From the NCBI GenBank assembly GCA_013388755.1, contig JACAEQ010000036.1, forward strand, positions 1 to 64,000: DNA of 64,000 nt, in the 5' to 3' direction. The notes under the pieces are model-generated. The model saw only the letters and a list, made by a program, of their open reading frames with translations, searched no databases and had not been told where the DNA came from. Positions 52,578-63,355 of this stretch are shown here, one piece after another. Numbering within the stretch: position 1 is the first letter of the stretch; every line of letters begins with the position of its first letter. The DNA is from Chloroflexota bacterium (GTDB lineage Bacteria; Chloroflexota; Chloroflexia; Chloroflexales; Roseiflexaceae). The translations under genes and the position numbers were made by a program.

Positions 52578-53779
52578 AGCTTGTCAGCCTCCTGCAGATG
52601 GCGGGTGAGCGCTTCGAGGAACTGGGCGCCCCGCCGCCCATCGGTCGCACGATGATCCGCCGCAAGCGTGGCCGTCAGCACCGGCCGGATGCCGAGCATA
52701 CCCCCTTCGGCCCAGGGCTGTTCGGTAACCTTGCCGAAGCCGATCAGCGCCACCTGTGGCGGGTAAATCACGCCGTACACCTTCTCGACCCCCAGGTCGC
52801 CAAGGTTTGTCACCGTGACGGTGCCGTCGGTCAGATCCGAACTACGCAGGCGACCGCTGCGCACCCTGGTGATCAGGTCGCGCAACGCCTCCATGAGTTC
52901 ATCCAGGCTCTTGAGATCGGCGTGATGAATGGCCGGCGTTACCAGGCCGCCCTGCCGCAATGCCACGGCAAAGCCGATATTGATCGCCTCCTGGGGCTGG
53001 TGACAATCATCGATCCAGTAGCCATTCAACTCCGGCACATCACCCAGCGCACGCGCTACCGCCTTGATCAGCAGCACCGCCGGCAACAGTCGATCGCGCA
53101 CCGAACGTTTCTGGTTCTCGGCTTCGAGCCAGCGTAACGGCCGGCTCATGTCAATACGCGTCTCCAGGTAGTAGTGCGGAATGTCGCGATTCGATCGCGC
53201 CATGGCTGCGGCAATTGCCCGCCGCATGGCCGCCTGCGCGTCGCCTCCCGCCGGGCGTTCCGGTTCACGGGCCGGCGTAACCGGCGCCGACGGAGGTGGC
53301 GCCACGGCTGCCTTTCTGGCTGCCGCCGCTTCGACATCAGCGCGTTCGATCGCGCCGTGCGGGCCACTCCCCTGCACACTGCTCAGGTCAACCCCCAGTT
53401 CGGCGGCCAGCCGCCGCGCGACCGGCGACACCCGGACGCGCTCACGTTCCGCCGCGGGCGCGGGTGGCGCCGAGGGCGCAGGCGGCGCACCCGCTGCAGT
53501 CATCACCGGCACAGGCGCAGGCGGAGGAGGCGCCGGTGGCGCGCCATTGTGACGGAGCAGCGCCAGTACCGTACCGACTGGTACCTTCTGTGACGGTTGA
53601 ACAATAAGCTGTTCGATCACGCCGTCTTCGAAAATCTCGACCTCAATGATCCCCTTGTCGGTCTCGACTTCGGCGACGACCATGCCACGCGTGACATGGT
53701 CACCGGGTTTGACCTTCCATGCAACCAGCGTTCCGGCAGCCATGTCGGCGCCCAGACTCGGCATACGAAACTCAGACAT
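52574..53779 (-). CDS. 2-oxo acid dehydrogenase E2 component (dihydrolipoamide acyltransferase), operon 2
   Basis: Lipoyl domain ([24 protein letters not shown]), Ala/Pro linker, PSBD ([23 protein letters not shown]), catalytic ...ADHRATDG; start ATGTCTGA overlaps the E1beta stop. Confidence 0.85.
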   Translation of the reverse strand: MSEFRMPSLGADMAAGTLVAWKVKPGDHVTRGMVVAEVETDKGIIEVEIFEDGVIEQLIVQPSQKVPVGTVLALLRHNGAPPAPPPPAPVPVMTAAGAPPAPSAPPAPAAERERVRVSPVARRLAAELGVDLSSVQGSGPHGAIERADVEAAAARKAAVAPPPSAPVTPAREPERPAGGDAQAAMRRAIAAAMARSNRDIPHYYLETRIDMSRPLRWLEAENQKRSVRDRLLPAVLLIKAVARALGDVPELNGYWIDDCHQPQEAINIGFAVALRQGGLVTPAIHHADLKSLDELMEALRDLITRVRSGRLRSSDLTDGTVTVTNLGDLGVEKVYGVIYPPQVALIGFGKVTEQPWAEGGMLGIRPVLTATLAADHRATDGRRGAQFLEALTRHLQEADKL

Positions 53780-54773
53780 GGGCATGCACCATCCTCTGGA
53801 CCGTCGCGACGATTGTCTCCGCCTGTGGCAACGCTGCCTGCTCAAGGTGCCGTGCATAGGGCATCGGCACTTCCACGCTGCAGATCCGCTCGACCGGGGC
53901 GTCCAGCTCATAGAAGGCGCGTTCCATGATGCGCGCGCTTACCTCCGCCGAGATCCCTACGCTCCGCCAGCCTTCGTCAACGATCACGGCACGGTGCGTC
54001 TTCGCGACCGATGCCAGGAACGTCTCGTCATCGAGTGGGCGCAGTGTGCGCAGGTCAACGACGTCGGCCTCGATCCCATCGCGTGCCAGGGTCTCCGCCG
54101 CCTCCAGCGCCTTGAAGAGGCAGGCGCCATAGGTAATGATTGACACATCGGCGCCGGAGCGACGTACACGCGCGCGGTCAATATCTACCGGCCCGGCGCT
54201 GGCGGGCAACTCGCCCGCCATGTTGTACAGGCTGGCATGCTCGAAGATCAGCACCGGATCAGGATCCTCAAGCGCCGTCCAGAGCATACCGCGGGCGTCT
54301 TCGAGCGTGGCCGGCGTAATCACCTTGATCCCGGGAATATGGGCGAACCAGCCTTCAAGGCTGTGCGAGTGCTGCGCCGCCACCTGCCGGCCAGCGCCGG
54401 TCGCCATGCGAATGACGAGTGGAACGTTGAACAGGCCACCTGACATATGCAGGATCGTCGCAGCATTGTTCAGGATCTGGTCACCCGCCAGCAGGCTGAA
54501 GTTGACGGTCATGACTTCGACGATCGGGCGCATGCCATTCATGGCGGCACCAATGCCGGCGCCGACAAATGCCGACTCCGACAGCGGCGTATCGCGCACG
54601 CGCTCCGGGCCGAACTCTTGCAGCAACCCCTTGCTGACCGCGAAGCAACCACCGTATCGGCCAACATCCTCACCCATCAGGAAGACGCGTTCGTCCTTGC
54701 GCATGGCTTCACGCATGGCTTCACGCACCGCCTCCCGGTATGTCATCGGCACCATCTGTCCATTTCCGCTCAT
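53772..54773 (-). CDS. 2-oxo acid dehydrogenase E1 beta subunit, operon 2
   Basis: [14 protein letters not shown], transketolase-like C-terminal domain. Confidence 0.88.
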   Translation of the reverse strand: MSGNGQMVPMTYREAVREAMREAMRKDERVFLMGEDVGRYGGCFAVSKGLLQEFGPERVRDTPLSESAFVGAGIGAAMNGMRPIVEVMTVNFSLLAGDQILNNAATILHMSGGLFNVPLVIRMATGAGRQVAAQHSHSLEGWFAHIPGIKVITPATLEDARGMLWTALEDPDPVLIFEHASLYNMAGELPASAGPVDIDRARVRRSGADVSIITYGACLFKALEAAETLARDGIEADVVDLRTLRPLDDETFLASVAKTHRAVIVDEGWRSVGISAEVSARIMERAFYELDAPVERICSVEVPMPYARHLEQAALPQAETIVATVQRMVHAHV

Positions 54774-55777
54774 GGCGACCTCCGCTCCGAGTAGACGAAG
54801 CGCTCAAGATCTTCAACCGGTTCCCAGGTGCCTGCTTCGGCAAAGGCAACCGCCGCCTCGATCTCGTCGGCAACCTTGCGCTCAAGCTCCGCCAGGTCCG
54901 TTTCGCTGAGCAGGCCCTCGTCCATTAGCAGATGAATGAACAGCCTGATCGGATCACGTTGCTTCCACTGTTCGACCTCGTCTTTCGTCCGGTACAGCTC
55001 GGTATCAAATGCCGAGTGGCCACGAAACCGGTAGGTGCGGCACTCGAGAAAATAAGGCCCTGCGCCGGAACGAACGGCGGCGACAGCCGTCCGGGCCGCC
55101 GCTTCGACCGCCAGCACGTCCTGACCATCCACCGCCGCAGCCGGCACATCATAGCTGGCAGCCTTGCGGGTCAGGTCCGTCACCGACTGGTGGCGCTCGA
55201 GGGCGGTACCCATGGCATACAGGTTGTTCTCGCACAGAAACAATACCGGCAGGCGCCAGAGCGCCGCCAGGTTCATCGACTCGTGGAACTCCCCCTCAGC
55301 AACCGCTCCATCGCCGAAGAAACAGCAGGTAATACGCTCCTGGCCGCGCATCTTGTCCGCCAGGGCAAACCCGATCGCCAGCGGCAGACAGCCGCCGACA
55401 ATCGCATTCCCGCCATAAAAGCGTGTCGCGGCATCGAACAGGTGCATTGAACCACCGCGCCCACGGGCGCACCCCTCCTGCTTACCATACATTTCGGCCA
55501 TGATTGCCCCGGCGGAGATGCCGCGTGCGAGCGCATGGCCGTGCTCGCGATAGGTTGCGACGATATTGTCGTCGGGTGTCAGCGCTTCCATCACACCGAC
55601 TGCAACGGCTTCTTCGCCATCGTAGAGATGCAAGAAGCCGCGGATCTTCATTGCTCCGTACAGCTCGGCCGCTCTGGCTTCGAACCGCCGGATCCGCAGC
55701 ATCTGATGCAGCAGGTGCAACGCGTGCTCACGCTCGACCGGCGTTGTTACGGTCGTGTTCATCGGTGCTGCATTCAT
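54770..55777 (-). CDS. 2-oxo acid dehydrogenase E1 alpha subunit (TPP-binding), operon 2
   Basis: [50 protein letters not shown] (TPP motif); ATGA overlaps on both sides. Confidence 0.88.
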   Translation of the reverse strand: MNAAPMNTTVTTPVEREHALHLLHQMLRIRRFEARAAELYGAMKIRGFLHLYDGEEAVAVGVMEALTPDDNIVATYREHGHALARGISAGAIMAEMYGKQEGCARGRGGSMHLFDAATRFYGGNAIVGGCLPLAIGFALADKMRGQERITCCFFGDGAVAEGEFHESMNLAALWRLPVLFLCENNLYAMGTALERHQSVTDLTRKAASYDVPAAAVDGQDVLAVEAAARTAVAAVRSGAGPYFLECRTYRFRGHSAFDTELYRTKDEVEQWKQRDPIRLFIHLLMDEGLLSETDLAELERKVADEIEAAVAFAEAGTWEPVEDLERFVYSERRSP

Positions 55778-57534
55778 CTGGTTTCCTCCAGCGTCGACAG
55801 GTCACCTTCAGGCAGGCCAAGCTCGCGCGCCTTGAGCAACCGCCGCATGATCTTGCCACTGCGCGTGTGCGGCAGATGCTCCTCAAACTCAATTTCCTTG
55901 GGTGCCACGGCGGATCCGAGCCTGGTGCGGCCAAAGCCGAGCAACTCCATCCGTAGCTTCTCACCCGGTTCAAACCCTGGTTTGAGCGTCACGAACGCCT
56001 TCACCAGTTCACCAATGATCGGGTCGGGCTTGCCGATGACACCAACCTCGGCAACCGCCGGGTGTTCCATCATCGCGCTCTCGACCTCAAACGGGCCAAC
56101 CATGTGACCGGCGGTCTTGATAATATCGTCGGCGCGGCCAACGAACCAGAAATATCCGTCCTCGTCGCGCATCGCCAGGTCGCCGGTGATGTACCAGCCA
56201 TCAACGAAGCATGAGCGATAGCGCTCCTCGTCGTGCAGGTAACCACGGAACATGGAGGGCCAGCCCGGCTTGAGCGCCAGATCGCCCTCGACATTCGGTG
56301 CCGTCACCACCTGAGCGCCGGTGCCATCGATCCGCCGGACGATCGCCGCCTCGATCCCGGGGAGTGGCCGGCCCATTGAACCAGGCCGGATATCCATTGC
56401 GGCATAGTTGGCAATCATGATCCCGCCCGTTTCGGTTTGCCACCAGTTGTCGTGTATTGGTAAACCGAGCGCCTCCTGGCCCCAGACGACGCCTTCAGGG
56501 TTCAGCGGTTCACCGACGCTATGCACAAGGCGCAGGCTGCTCAGATCGTACTGCTTGCGCGGTTCGATCTCCAGCCGCATCAGCCGCCGGATGGCCGTCG
56601 GCGCCGTGTACCAGACGGTCACCTTCTGCGACTCCAGGATGCGATACCAGCGATCGGCGTCGAAATCCGCCTCGTCAACAATGTTGGTTACGCCATGGGT
56701 CAGCGGTGCAATGATGCCATACGACGTACCGGTAACCCAGCCAGGATCGGCGGTGCACCAGAAGATATCGTCCGGATGCAGATCAAGCACATATTTCGCC
56801 GTGGCATAGTGCATCAGCACGGCGTTATGCACATGGATCGCGCCTTTGGGCATGCCGGTGGTGCCGCTGGTGAAGTGCAACAGCGCCATATCCTCCGGGT
56901 CAGTCGGTGGGATAATGAATACTTCGGAGGCGGCCTCCATCAATCGCGGCAGCGACAGCAGGCCATCGTCAGCGTCGTCCGGCGCGTCGGTCAGCAGGAC
57001 GTAGCGCAACTGCGGTAGTCGCTCACGCAGGTGCGCGACCTTCTGCGTATAGAGGCGCTTTGTGGTCACCAGGATACCGGCGTCACCCCGCATCAAGCGC
57101 TGCGCGACTGGTTCAGGGCCGAAGGCGGAAAACAGCGGTGCAAACACGCTGCGGTTCTTCAGGGTACCCAGCGCGGCAATGTAGAGTTCCGGAATGCGCC
57201 CCGCGAGGGCAAACACCCGGTCACCGGCGCCCACCCCCAGCCACCGCAACACATTGGCAAACCGGTTGCTCAACGCCTTCAGATCGCCATACGTGAAATC
57301 GCGCACCAGGCCCTCTCTGCCGAGCCAGCGGATGGCCAGATGATCGCGCCGCGCACCATCTGCATGGCGATCGACCGCTTCGTAGGCGATATTCAGGCCC
57401 TTGCCGCCAGGAAGACCCGATAACTCACGGCGGATCGATTCCCACGAGAATGTGGCGCATGCCTCGGCATAGTCCAGGAGATGCGGCGGAACGACCTGGT
57501 CCTCGCGCGATTTTCTGATCGGTTCCCAGTTCAT
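55774..57534 (-). CDS. AMP-forming acyl-CoA synthetase / acyl-AMP ligase (acetyl-CoA-synthetase family)
   Basis: [12 protein letters not shown] (AMP-binding motif), ...YGQTE-like and C-terminal [11 protein letters not shown] motifs; start set to MNWEPI preceded by AAGGGGGAG. Confidence 0.82.
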   Translation of the reverse strand: MNWEPIRKSREDQVVPPHLLDYAEACATFSWESIRRELSGLPGGKGLNIAYEAVDRHADGARRDHLAIRWLGREGLVRDFTYGDLKALSNRFANVLRWLGVGAGDRVFALAGRIPELYIAALGTLKNRSVFAPLFSAFGPEPVAQRLMRGDAGILVTTKRLYTQKVAHLRERLPQLRYVLLTDAPDDADDGLLSLPRLMEAASEVFIIPPTDPEDMALLHFTSGTTGMPKGAIHVHNAVLMHYATAKYVLDLHPDDIFWCTADPGWVTGTSYGIIAPLTHGVTNIVDEADFDADRWYRILESQKVTVWYTAPTAIRRLMRLEIEPRKQYDLSSLRLVHSVGEPLNPEGVVWGQEALGLPIHDNWWQTETGGIMIANYAAMDIRPGSMGRPLPGIEAAIVRRIDGTGAQVVTAPNVEGDLALKPGWPSMFRGYLHDEERYRSCFVDGWYITGDLAMRDEDGYFWFVGRADDIIKTAGHMVGPFEVESAMMEHPAVAEVGVIGKPDPIIGELVKAFVTLKPGFEPGEKLRMELLGFGRTRLGSAVAPKEIEFEEHLPHTRSGKIMRRLLKARELGLPEGDLSTLEETR

Positions 57535-57558
57535 CGCTCCCCCTTTCATGCTCCGCAA

Positions 57559-57582
57559 GGCCAGGACACCATTGTCCTGGCC
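57559..57582. promoter_or_regulatory. Perfect 10-bp palindrome GGCCAGGACA-N4-TGTCCTGGCC just upstream of the ligase-E1-E2-ACP operon start
   Basis: Read directly; lies 25-48 nt upstream of the ligase start codon (minus strand). Confidence 0.35.
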
Positions 57583-57615
57583 TGATCGTTGCATGCTTTC
57601 AAACTAGCATGAATT

Positions 57616-57642
57616 AGCCGGCTGTTGAGAAAACAGCCGGCT
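57616..57642 (-). terminator. Hairpin AGCCGGCTGTT-GAGAA-AACAGCCGGCT ~60 nt downstream of the amidinotransferase-family gene
   Basis: 11-bp perfect stem; no clear U-tract. Confidence 0.35.
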
Positions 57643-57702
57643 ACGGAGGGTGATATCTTGATGACCGGGAGTATCCAGACTGGAATACGCCCTGCCAGTA
57701 GT

Positions 57703-58641
57703 CTAGCGTTCGAGGGGGCATGTCATACAGTGCGGGCCGCCATTGCCTTTGCGCAATTCGTTCCCCGGTACACCAACGGCCTTGCCGCCGCGCCGTTCGA
57801 CTTCGTTCATCACGCGTTCGGCCCATTCATATCCTACAATCCGCCGCGGTGCCGTCATCACGAAGTTCGCCGCCGCCCAGCCGTCGCGTTCATCATCAAT
57901 TTCGATGATGTCAACATCCTCATCATGCAGAAAATCCAGCACCATCTGTTCGCGGATTGCCCCGGTTTCCAGATCCTTGATAGTCGCCGGCGCGTAATCA
58001 AGCAGCGGCGGCGCAGCCAGCGCCAGATCCTGGTCGATCAGCACAAGGATTCCGTCAATATGAACGGTACCGGGGTAACACGGAATGGTAACCATGCGTT
58101 TCAGACCGGCCGCTCGCGCGCAGGCTTCCATTTTCTCCAGGCCGGCCTGATTCGTGCGATCGCAACGCCCGACAATGACCGTATCGCCTCGAAAATAGGT
58201 GACACCACCGCCTTCGAGCAGGCCATCGGGTTCGAGCCGGTCGAGGACAGGGATGCCGAGTTTTTCGCAGACGCGCCCGATAATTGCCGGATCACCCCTG
58301 CGCCCATCAATCGCCATACCGAGTAACACCGCGCCCGCCGGCGTCATCACGGCCAGATCGCGCGTGTAGGTCATATTTGCGCGGCGGCTGATATACGCCA
58401 GCGCCTCAGGATCATCCTTGAGCACGTCGTTCACCAGCACAACCTCGGTGCCCATCTGCTGGAACGCCGCCACGAGGGTGTCAAACTCCACAAGGAACCC
58501 ATCAATATCCGGCACGGCCGCAAAGTTGAAGTAGCCCAGCGTCGCGTCATTGAGCATGGTCAACTCGGTTTCCGGGCGATGCATCAGCACTTTCTTGAGT
58601 GGGTAATGTTCGTAGGCGATCCGGCTGGTATCGATCATCAA
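57703..58641 (-). CDS. Amidinotransferase-superfamily protein (arginine deiminase / DDAH-like)
   Basis: 312 aa; C-terminal GGPHCMTCPL (nucleophilic Cys context of the guanidino-group modifying enzyme fold). Confidence 0.6.
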   Translation of the reverse strand: MMIDTSRIAYEHYPLKKVLMHRPETELTMLNDATLGYFNFAAVPDIDGFLVEFDTLVAAFQQMGTEVVLVNDVLKDDPEALAYISRRANMTYTRDLAVMTPAGAVLLGMAIDGRRGDPAIIGRVCEKLGIPVLDRLEPDGLLEGGGVTYFRGDTVIVGRCDRTNQAGLEKMEACARAAGLKRMVTIPCYPGTVHIDGILVLIDQDLALAAPPLLDYAPATIKDLETGAIREQMVLDFLHDEDVDIIEIDDERDGWAAANFVMTAPRRIVGYEWAERVMNEVERRGGKAVGVPGNELRKGNGGPHCMTCPLER

Positions 58642-58918
58642 ACAATGCTCCTTCTGGATAGTGACACGCTACCCCGGCAACCGGAGGCCATTCAGGGTCA
58701 CGAGCAACGCTGTCCCCAGGTGGGCCAGAACCGCCATCCACATTGTGTGGCGAACCGTCGTGCAGAATGGAGCTGCCGGAAAGCGCGCAAGGCACTACCA
58801 GCGCCTCACTGACGCTCAGTACACACGATCAGCCCGTGTGCCCAGCATGCCGCTTTTCCGGAAGCTCGCTGCTGACACGTGCAAGCCGGGCAATGTGTCA
58901 CATCCACGATGCAGCATA

Positions 58919-60112
58919 TCACAGGACCGACAGCGCAGCGCCGGCGACGCCGGCAACCACGACAACGATCCAGGGTGGCCATTTCCAGAGGACCAGCATG
59001 CCGAAGCAGCCCAGGGCAAGCGCAAAGTCGAGCGGCCTCACAATAGCGGTCGTCGCGATCGGTGCATACAATGCCGCGAGGAGAATACCGACAACCGCCG
59101 CATTCATACCGCGCAACGCCGCCTGAGCACCCGCCCTGGCACGCAGCCGGTCCCAGAAGGGCAACGCGCCAATGACCAGCAACCATGCCGGCAAAAAGAT
59201 CGCCAGCAGCGCCAGCAATCCACCCTGCCAGCCATCTGGCGCCGGCGCCTGCGCCGCACCCAGGTAGGCAGCAAACGTGAAGAGTGGGCCGGGCACAGCC
59301 TGGGCCATACCGTAGCCGGCAATGAATTGCGCGTCGCTCACCCGCCCTGGCGGCACGACCTCCGCGTGCAGCAGCGGTAGCACCACATGACCGCCACCGA
59401 ACACCAGCGCACCGGCCCGGTAGAAACTGTCGAAGAGCGCCAGCCCATCGCCGGGCATAGCCTGACGCATCAGCGGAAGCGCCACGAGCAAGCCGAAGAA
59501 GAGCACCCAGCACGTGACGGCGAAACCGCGACTGAACGGAACAGCGAATGCGCGGGCTGGCGGCAGCGGTGCATCCTGCAAAAACCGCCACCCGATGATA
59601 CCACCCACCACGATAACGGCGACCTGGATGATGGCCCCCGGGAAAGCCAGCAGCACAATTGCGGCGACCAGCGCCACACTGGCGCGTTGCCGGTCTGGGC
59701 AGAGGGTTCGCACCATACCCCATACCGCCTGTGCCACCACGGCGACTGCCACAACCTTCAGACCGTGAAGCCAGTCGGCATCTCCATCGAGGAAACGAAC
59801 GCCGTAGGCAGCCGCGATCATCAGCAATGCAGACGGCAGAGTAAACCCCAGCCATGCCACCAGGCCGCCGATCAGACCAGCGCGCAACGTCCCCAGCGCA
59901 ATTCCAACCTGACTGCTGGCCGGCCCGGGAAGAAACTGGCACAGCGCCACCAGGTCGGCATACGCCTGTTCATCGAGCCAGCGACGCCGCGCGACAAACT
60001 CATCACGAAAATAGCCCAGGTGCGCGATCGGGCCGCCGAATGATGTGCATCCGAGGCGAGTAAACACGGCTGCGACCTCGATCAGTCGCTCCCGGCGCAC
60101 AGGTGGCGTCAC
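58919..60112 (-). CDS. chrA: Chromate transporter ChrA (CHR family)
   Basis: LGCTSFGGPIAHLGYFRDEFVARRRWLDEQAYADLVALCQFLPGPASSQVGIALG, duplicated CHR halves. Confidence 0.85.
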   Translation of the reverse strand: MTPPVRRERLIEVAAVFTRLGCTSFGGPIAHLGYFRDEFVARRRWLDEQAYADLVALCQFLPGPASSQVGIALGTLRAGLIGGLVAWLGFTLPSALLMIAAAYGVRFLDGDADWLHGLKVVAVAVVAQAVWGMVRTLCPDRQRASVALVAAIVLLAFPGAIIQVAVIVVGGIIGWRFLQDAPLPPARAFAVPFSRGFAVTCWVLFFGLLVALPLMRQAMPGDGLALFDSFYRAGALVFGGGHVVLPLLHAEVVPPGRVSDAQFIAGYGMAQAVPGPLFTFAAYLGAAQAPAPDGWQGGLLALLAIFLPAWLLVIGALPFWDRLRARAGAQAALRGMNAAVVGILLAALYAPIATTAIVRPLDFALALGCFGMLVLWKWPPWIVVVVAGVAGAALSVL

Positions 60113-60124
60113 ACACAGATCGTT

Positions 60125-60733
60125 CTATTCAGGAGTGGTCACCAGTTCCTCACCGGCCACCCAACCCTCGCGGCCATCAGCGGCGCGGATGCGCCACCAG
60201 TGATAGCCATCAGCAGCCACCGGGCCTTCGAGCAGCGTCAACTGCGTTCCTGGCGCCAGGCTATCATGAACCTCGGAGTTGAGACCGGGGGCGCCACGGC
60301 GGCGCAGGCCTTTCCCTCCAGCCTTCTGCACCCATGCCGTCGCACCGACCGCCATACCCGCCGTGCCACCCGCCATCTCGGCGATCACGGCACCCGCACT
60401 CTTCGTTTCAGCCTCCGCCTTTTCCTTCGCCAGCTGGGCGATCTGCGCCTCAAGCTCGCGCATGCGCGCCTGAGCGTCGCGCAGGGCATCCTGCGTTGCC
60501 GAGAGCGCCAGATGCTCGGCACCGGCCGCGCCTCTGGCGGTATCCACCTGCTGCTGCGCTTCGGAAAGCTGCATCGTCAGCTTGTCAATCTCGGCATTGC
60601 GCTGGTTCAGCTGCTTCTGCAACTCATAGATCCGGTCGCTGAGACCTTTGATCGTCTCGCCGATCTTCTGCTGCTCCGACTTCTCGTCGTCTTTCTTGTC
60701 CTTGTCCTTGCCAAACAGGTTACCGAGTCCCAT
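60125..60733 (-). CDS. Coiled-coil protein with C-terminal bacterial SH3 (SH3b) domain
   Basis: Lys/Asp-rich N-terminus, Q/A/E-rich coiled coil, C-terminal ...GTQLTLLEGPVAADGYHWWRIRAADGREGWVAGEELV. Confidence 0.5.
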   Translation of the reverse strand: MGLGNLFGKDKDKKDDEKSEQQKIGETIKGLSDRIYELQKQLNQRNAEIDKLTMQLSEAQQQVDTARGAAGAEHLALSATQDALRDAQARMRELEAQIAQLAKEKAEAETKSAGAVIAEMAGGTAGMAVGATAWVQKAGGKGLRRRGAPGLNSEVHDSLAPGTQLTLLEGPVAADGYHWWRIRAADGREGWVAGEELVTTPE

Positions 60734-60775
60734 GGAGGTACTCCTTTCTGTCTCCGAATCAGATACAGTGCAACC

Positions 60776-63100
60776 CTACACCGGGTTGGCCGCGCGCCAG
60801 ACTTTCTCCGGGCGGAGTGGCATATCAATATGGCGTACACCAAGATGCCCGAGTGCATCAACCACGGCATTGACAATCGCCGGCGTTGATCCAATCGTCG
60901 CCGCCTCGCCGATCCCTTTCGCGCCCAGCGGGTTATGGGGTGTCGGCGTCACCGTCTGCTCGACCTGGAACGGCGGCAGGTCATCAGCGCGCGGCAGAGT
61001 GTAATCCATCAACGAACCACTGAGCAACTGGCCATTCTCGTCGTACACCACCTCTTCGAACAATGCCTGGGCAATACCCTGCGCCAGGCCACCATGCACC
61101 TGCCCGGCGACAATCACCGGGCTGATACGCGGCCCACAATCGTCAACACTGACATAGTCACGCACGGTCACGATACCCGTATCGGGATCGACGTCAACCA
61201 CCGCCAGATGCGCACCGAATGGATAGATCAGCTCAGGCGGCTTGAAGAAGTCGGTTGACTCCAGACCAGGATCGATATCATCCGGCAGTTCATCTGTATA
61301 CGCACGCTCGGCGATCTGCGCCAGCGTGAGGCTGCTGTCGGGCGCGCCTTTGACCTGGTACCGGCCCTCTTCGAACACCACGTCATCCAGCGCGGCTTCC
61401 AGCAGATGGGCAGCGATCCGGCGCGCTTTGTCGCGCACCTGGGCGATCGCGCGTACCAGCGCGCCGCCACCAACCGCCAGGCTGCGACTGCCCATGGTAC
61501 CGTTCCCCATCGGCGTGATCGCAGTATCACCACTGCGCACCACCACCTGGTCGAAATCGGCGCCGAGCTGATCAGCAATGATCTGGGCAAAGGTAGTCGC
61601 GGTCCCCTGGCCGTGGGGTGAGATGCCGGTCATGATGGTGACCGTGCCCGACGGTTCGACACGCACGTGGGCGCTCTCATACGGGCCGAAACCACACATC
61701 TCGACATAGCAGGCGATACCAATGCCTACCAGCGGCACATGCTCGCCGGCGGCGCGCGCCGCGATCCGCCGCCGCTGTTCGGCCCGCCATTCAGCATACC
61801 GCCCGACGTCCAGCGCCTTTGTCAGCGGTTTATCGTAATCACCGCTGTCATACAGCGTCCCCACCGGCGTCCTGTACGGAAAGGCATCAGCGGGAATAAA
61901 GTTGCGCCGGCGTACCTCTGCCGGATCGAGTTGCAGCTCGAGCGCGATCACATCCATCACACGCTCGATGTAGTAGGCGGCTTCGGGACGGCCCGCACCA
62001 CGGTACGCAGCCACAGGTGTCGTATTGGTATAGACGCACGTAATCTCATAATCAACCGCCGGGATCTGATACACTCCAACGGCCATCTGTCCGGTCAGAT
62101 TCGGAATACCGGCCGACACCGGGTACGCACCGAGATCGGCGAGCACACGGGCACGGAGCGCCGTCACCACGCCATCAGCGGTCACAGCCGCTTCGTACTC
62201 AGCGATCTGCGCCCTGCCGTGCGTCGTTGCCTGCATATGCTCCAGACGCGTCTCCACCCAGCGCAACGGTATACCGTAACGGCGGGTAAGCGCGGCCAGC
62301 GCCGCCTCTTCTGGATAGACGCCGATCTTGACCCCGAAGCCACCACCAACATCCGGGGCAATCACCCGGATCTGGTTTTCCGCCATCCCCAGCATCTTTG
62401 CCAGATCGCGCCGGATCCAGTGCGCTGCCTGAGTGCTCGTCCACACCGTCAGACTACCGCTCACGGGGTCGAGCGCCGTCAGCACGGCGCGCCCCTCCAT
62501 CGAAACACCCGCCAGGCGCTGGCTGCTCATGCGCAACCTGACCACACGATGGGCCGCTGCGAATGCGCCGTCAACATCACCGCGCTTGCGCCGCCATACA
62601 TGATCAACGTTGCTCTCTGCCTCGTCGAACAGGCGGGGTGCATCAGGGCGAAGCGCCTGCTCCATACTGGCAACGGATGGTAGCGGTTCCCAGTCGACGA
62701 CGACCTCGGCCGCGCCATCCACAGCGGCAGCCGGCGTCGCGGCGATAACAGCAGCAACTATCTCGCCCGTATGGCGTACCTTCCCCACCGAGATGGCATA
62801 GTGCGATACCATACCCGGCCCTGCGCCAGCCGCATCGGCGCCCTCACCTCCTTCAAACAACATCTGCGCATACGCGTCGCGCAAATCGTCGCCGGTGACA
62901 ACCGCCGTCACGCCGGGAACGCGCAAGGCGGCTGTGGGGTCGATCGCGCCAATTCGGGCGTGTGGATACGGGCTGCGCACAAACGCAACATGGTGCATTC
63001 CGGGGAGCTTGATGTCACCAGCATATGCGCCGGCGCCGGTGATCAGACGTGGATCCTCTTTGCGGCGCACCTCGGCGCCAATGAGTGATGCATAGGCCAT
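60776..63100 (-). CDS. Molybdopterin-dependent hydroxylase large subunit (xanthine dehydrogenase / CO-dehydrogenase CoxL family)
   Basis: MAYASLIGAEVRRKEDPRLITGAGAYAGDIKLPGMHHVAFVRSPYPHARI, MoCo-binding regions; start re-set to 63100. Confidence 0.85.
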   Translation of the reverse strand: MAYASLIGAEVRRKEDPRLITGAGAYAGDIKLPGMHHVAFVRSPYPHARIGAIDPTAALRVPGVTAVVTGDDLRDAYAQMLFEGGEGADAAGAGPGMVSHYAISVGKVRHTGEIVAAVIAATPAAAVDGAAEVVVDWEPLPSVASMEQALRPDAPRLFDEAESNVDHVWRRKRGDVDGAFAAAHRVVRLRMSSQRLAGVSMEGRAVLTALDPVSGSLTVWTSTQAAHWIRRDLAKMLGMAENQIRVIAPDVGGGFGVKIGVYPEEAALAALTRRYGIPLRWVETRLEHMQATTHGRAQIAEYEAAVTADGVVTALRARVLADLGAYPVSAGIPNLTGQMAVGVYQIPAVDYEITCVYTNTTPVAAYRGAGRPEAAYYIERVMDVIALELQLDPAEVRRRNFIPADAFPYRTPVGTLYDSGDYDKPLTKALDVGRYAEWRAEQRRRIAARAAGEHVPLVGIGIACYVEMCGFGPYESAHVRVEPSGTVTIMTGISPHGQGTATTFAQIIADQLGADFDQVVVRSGDTAITPMGNGTMGSRSLAVGGGALVRAIAQVRDKARRIAAHLLEAALDDVVFEEGRYQVKGAPDSSLTLAQIAERAYTDELPDDIDPGLESTDFFKPPELIYPFGAHLAVVDVDPDTGIVTVRDYVSVDDCGPRISPVIVAGQVHGGLAQGIAQALFEEVVYDENGQLLSGSLMDYTLPRADDLPPFQVEQTVTPTPHNPLGAKGIGEAATIGSTPAIVNAVVDALGHLGVRHIDMPLRPEKVWRAANPV

Positions 63101-63271
63101 GCAAACCTCAACCACTACAACGACGGGAGCGACAGGAAGGCTGCTATAGTATAGGCGAAACTATGCCGTGCGACAAGCGCATCAGTCAGAGCAGGTGCGT
63201 CGCAGTGTCCTGCATGCATGCATCAGAAGCGAGCTTCCGGGCCACTCCGCTCGATAGGCGTCTGGGCCTGA

Positions 63272-63298
63272 TTGCGCATGCCGACGGCGTGCTATAAT
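63272..63298 (+). promoter_or_regulatory. Putative promoter TTGCGC-N15-TATAAT upstream of the thioesterase gene
   Basis: Read directly; spacer slightly short. Confidence 0.3.
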
Positions 63299-63355
63299 GC
63301 CGGCACACGCTTCCTGTTCGAGAAATGTTCACGTGTAGCTGCACATAACAGGCCC

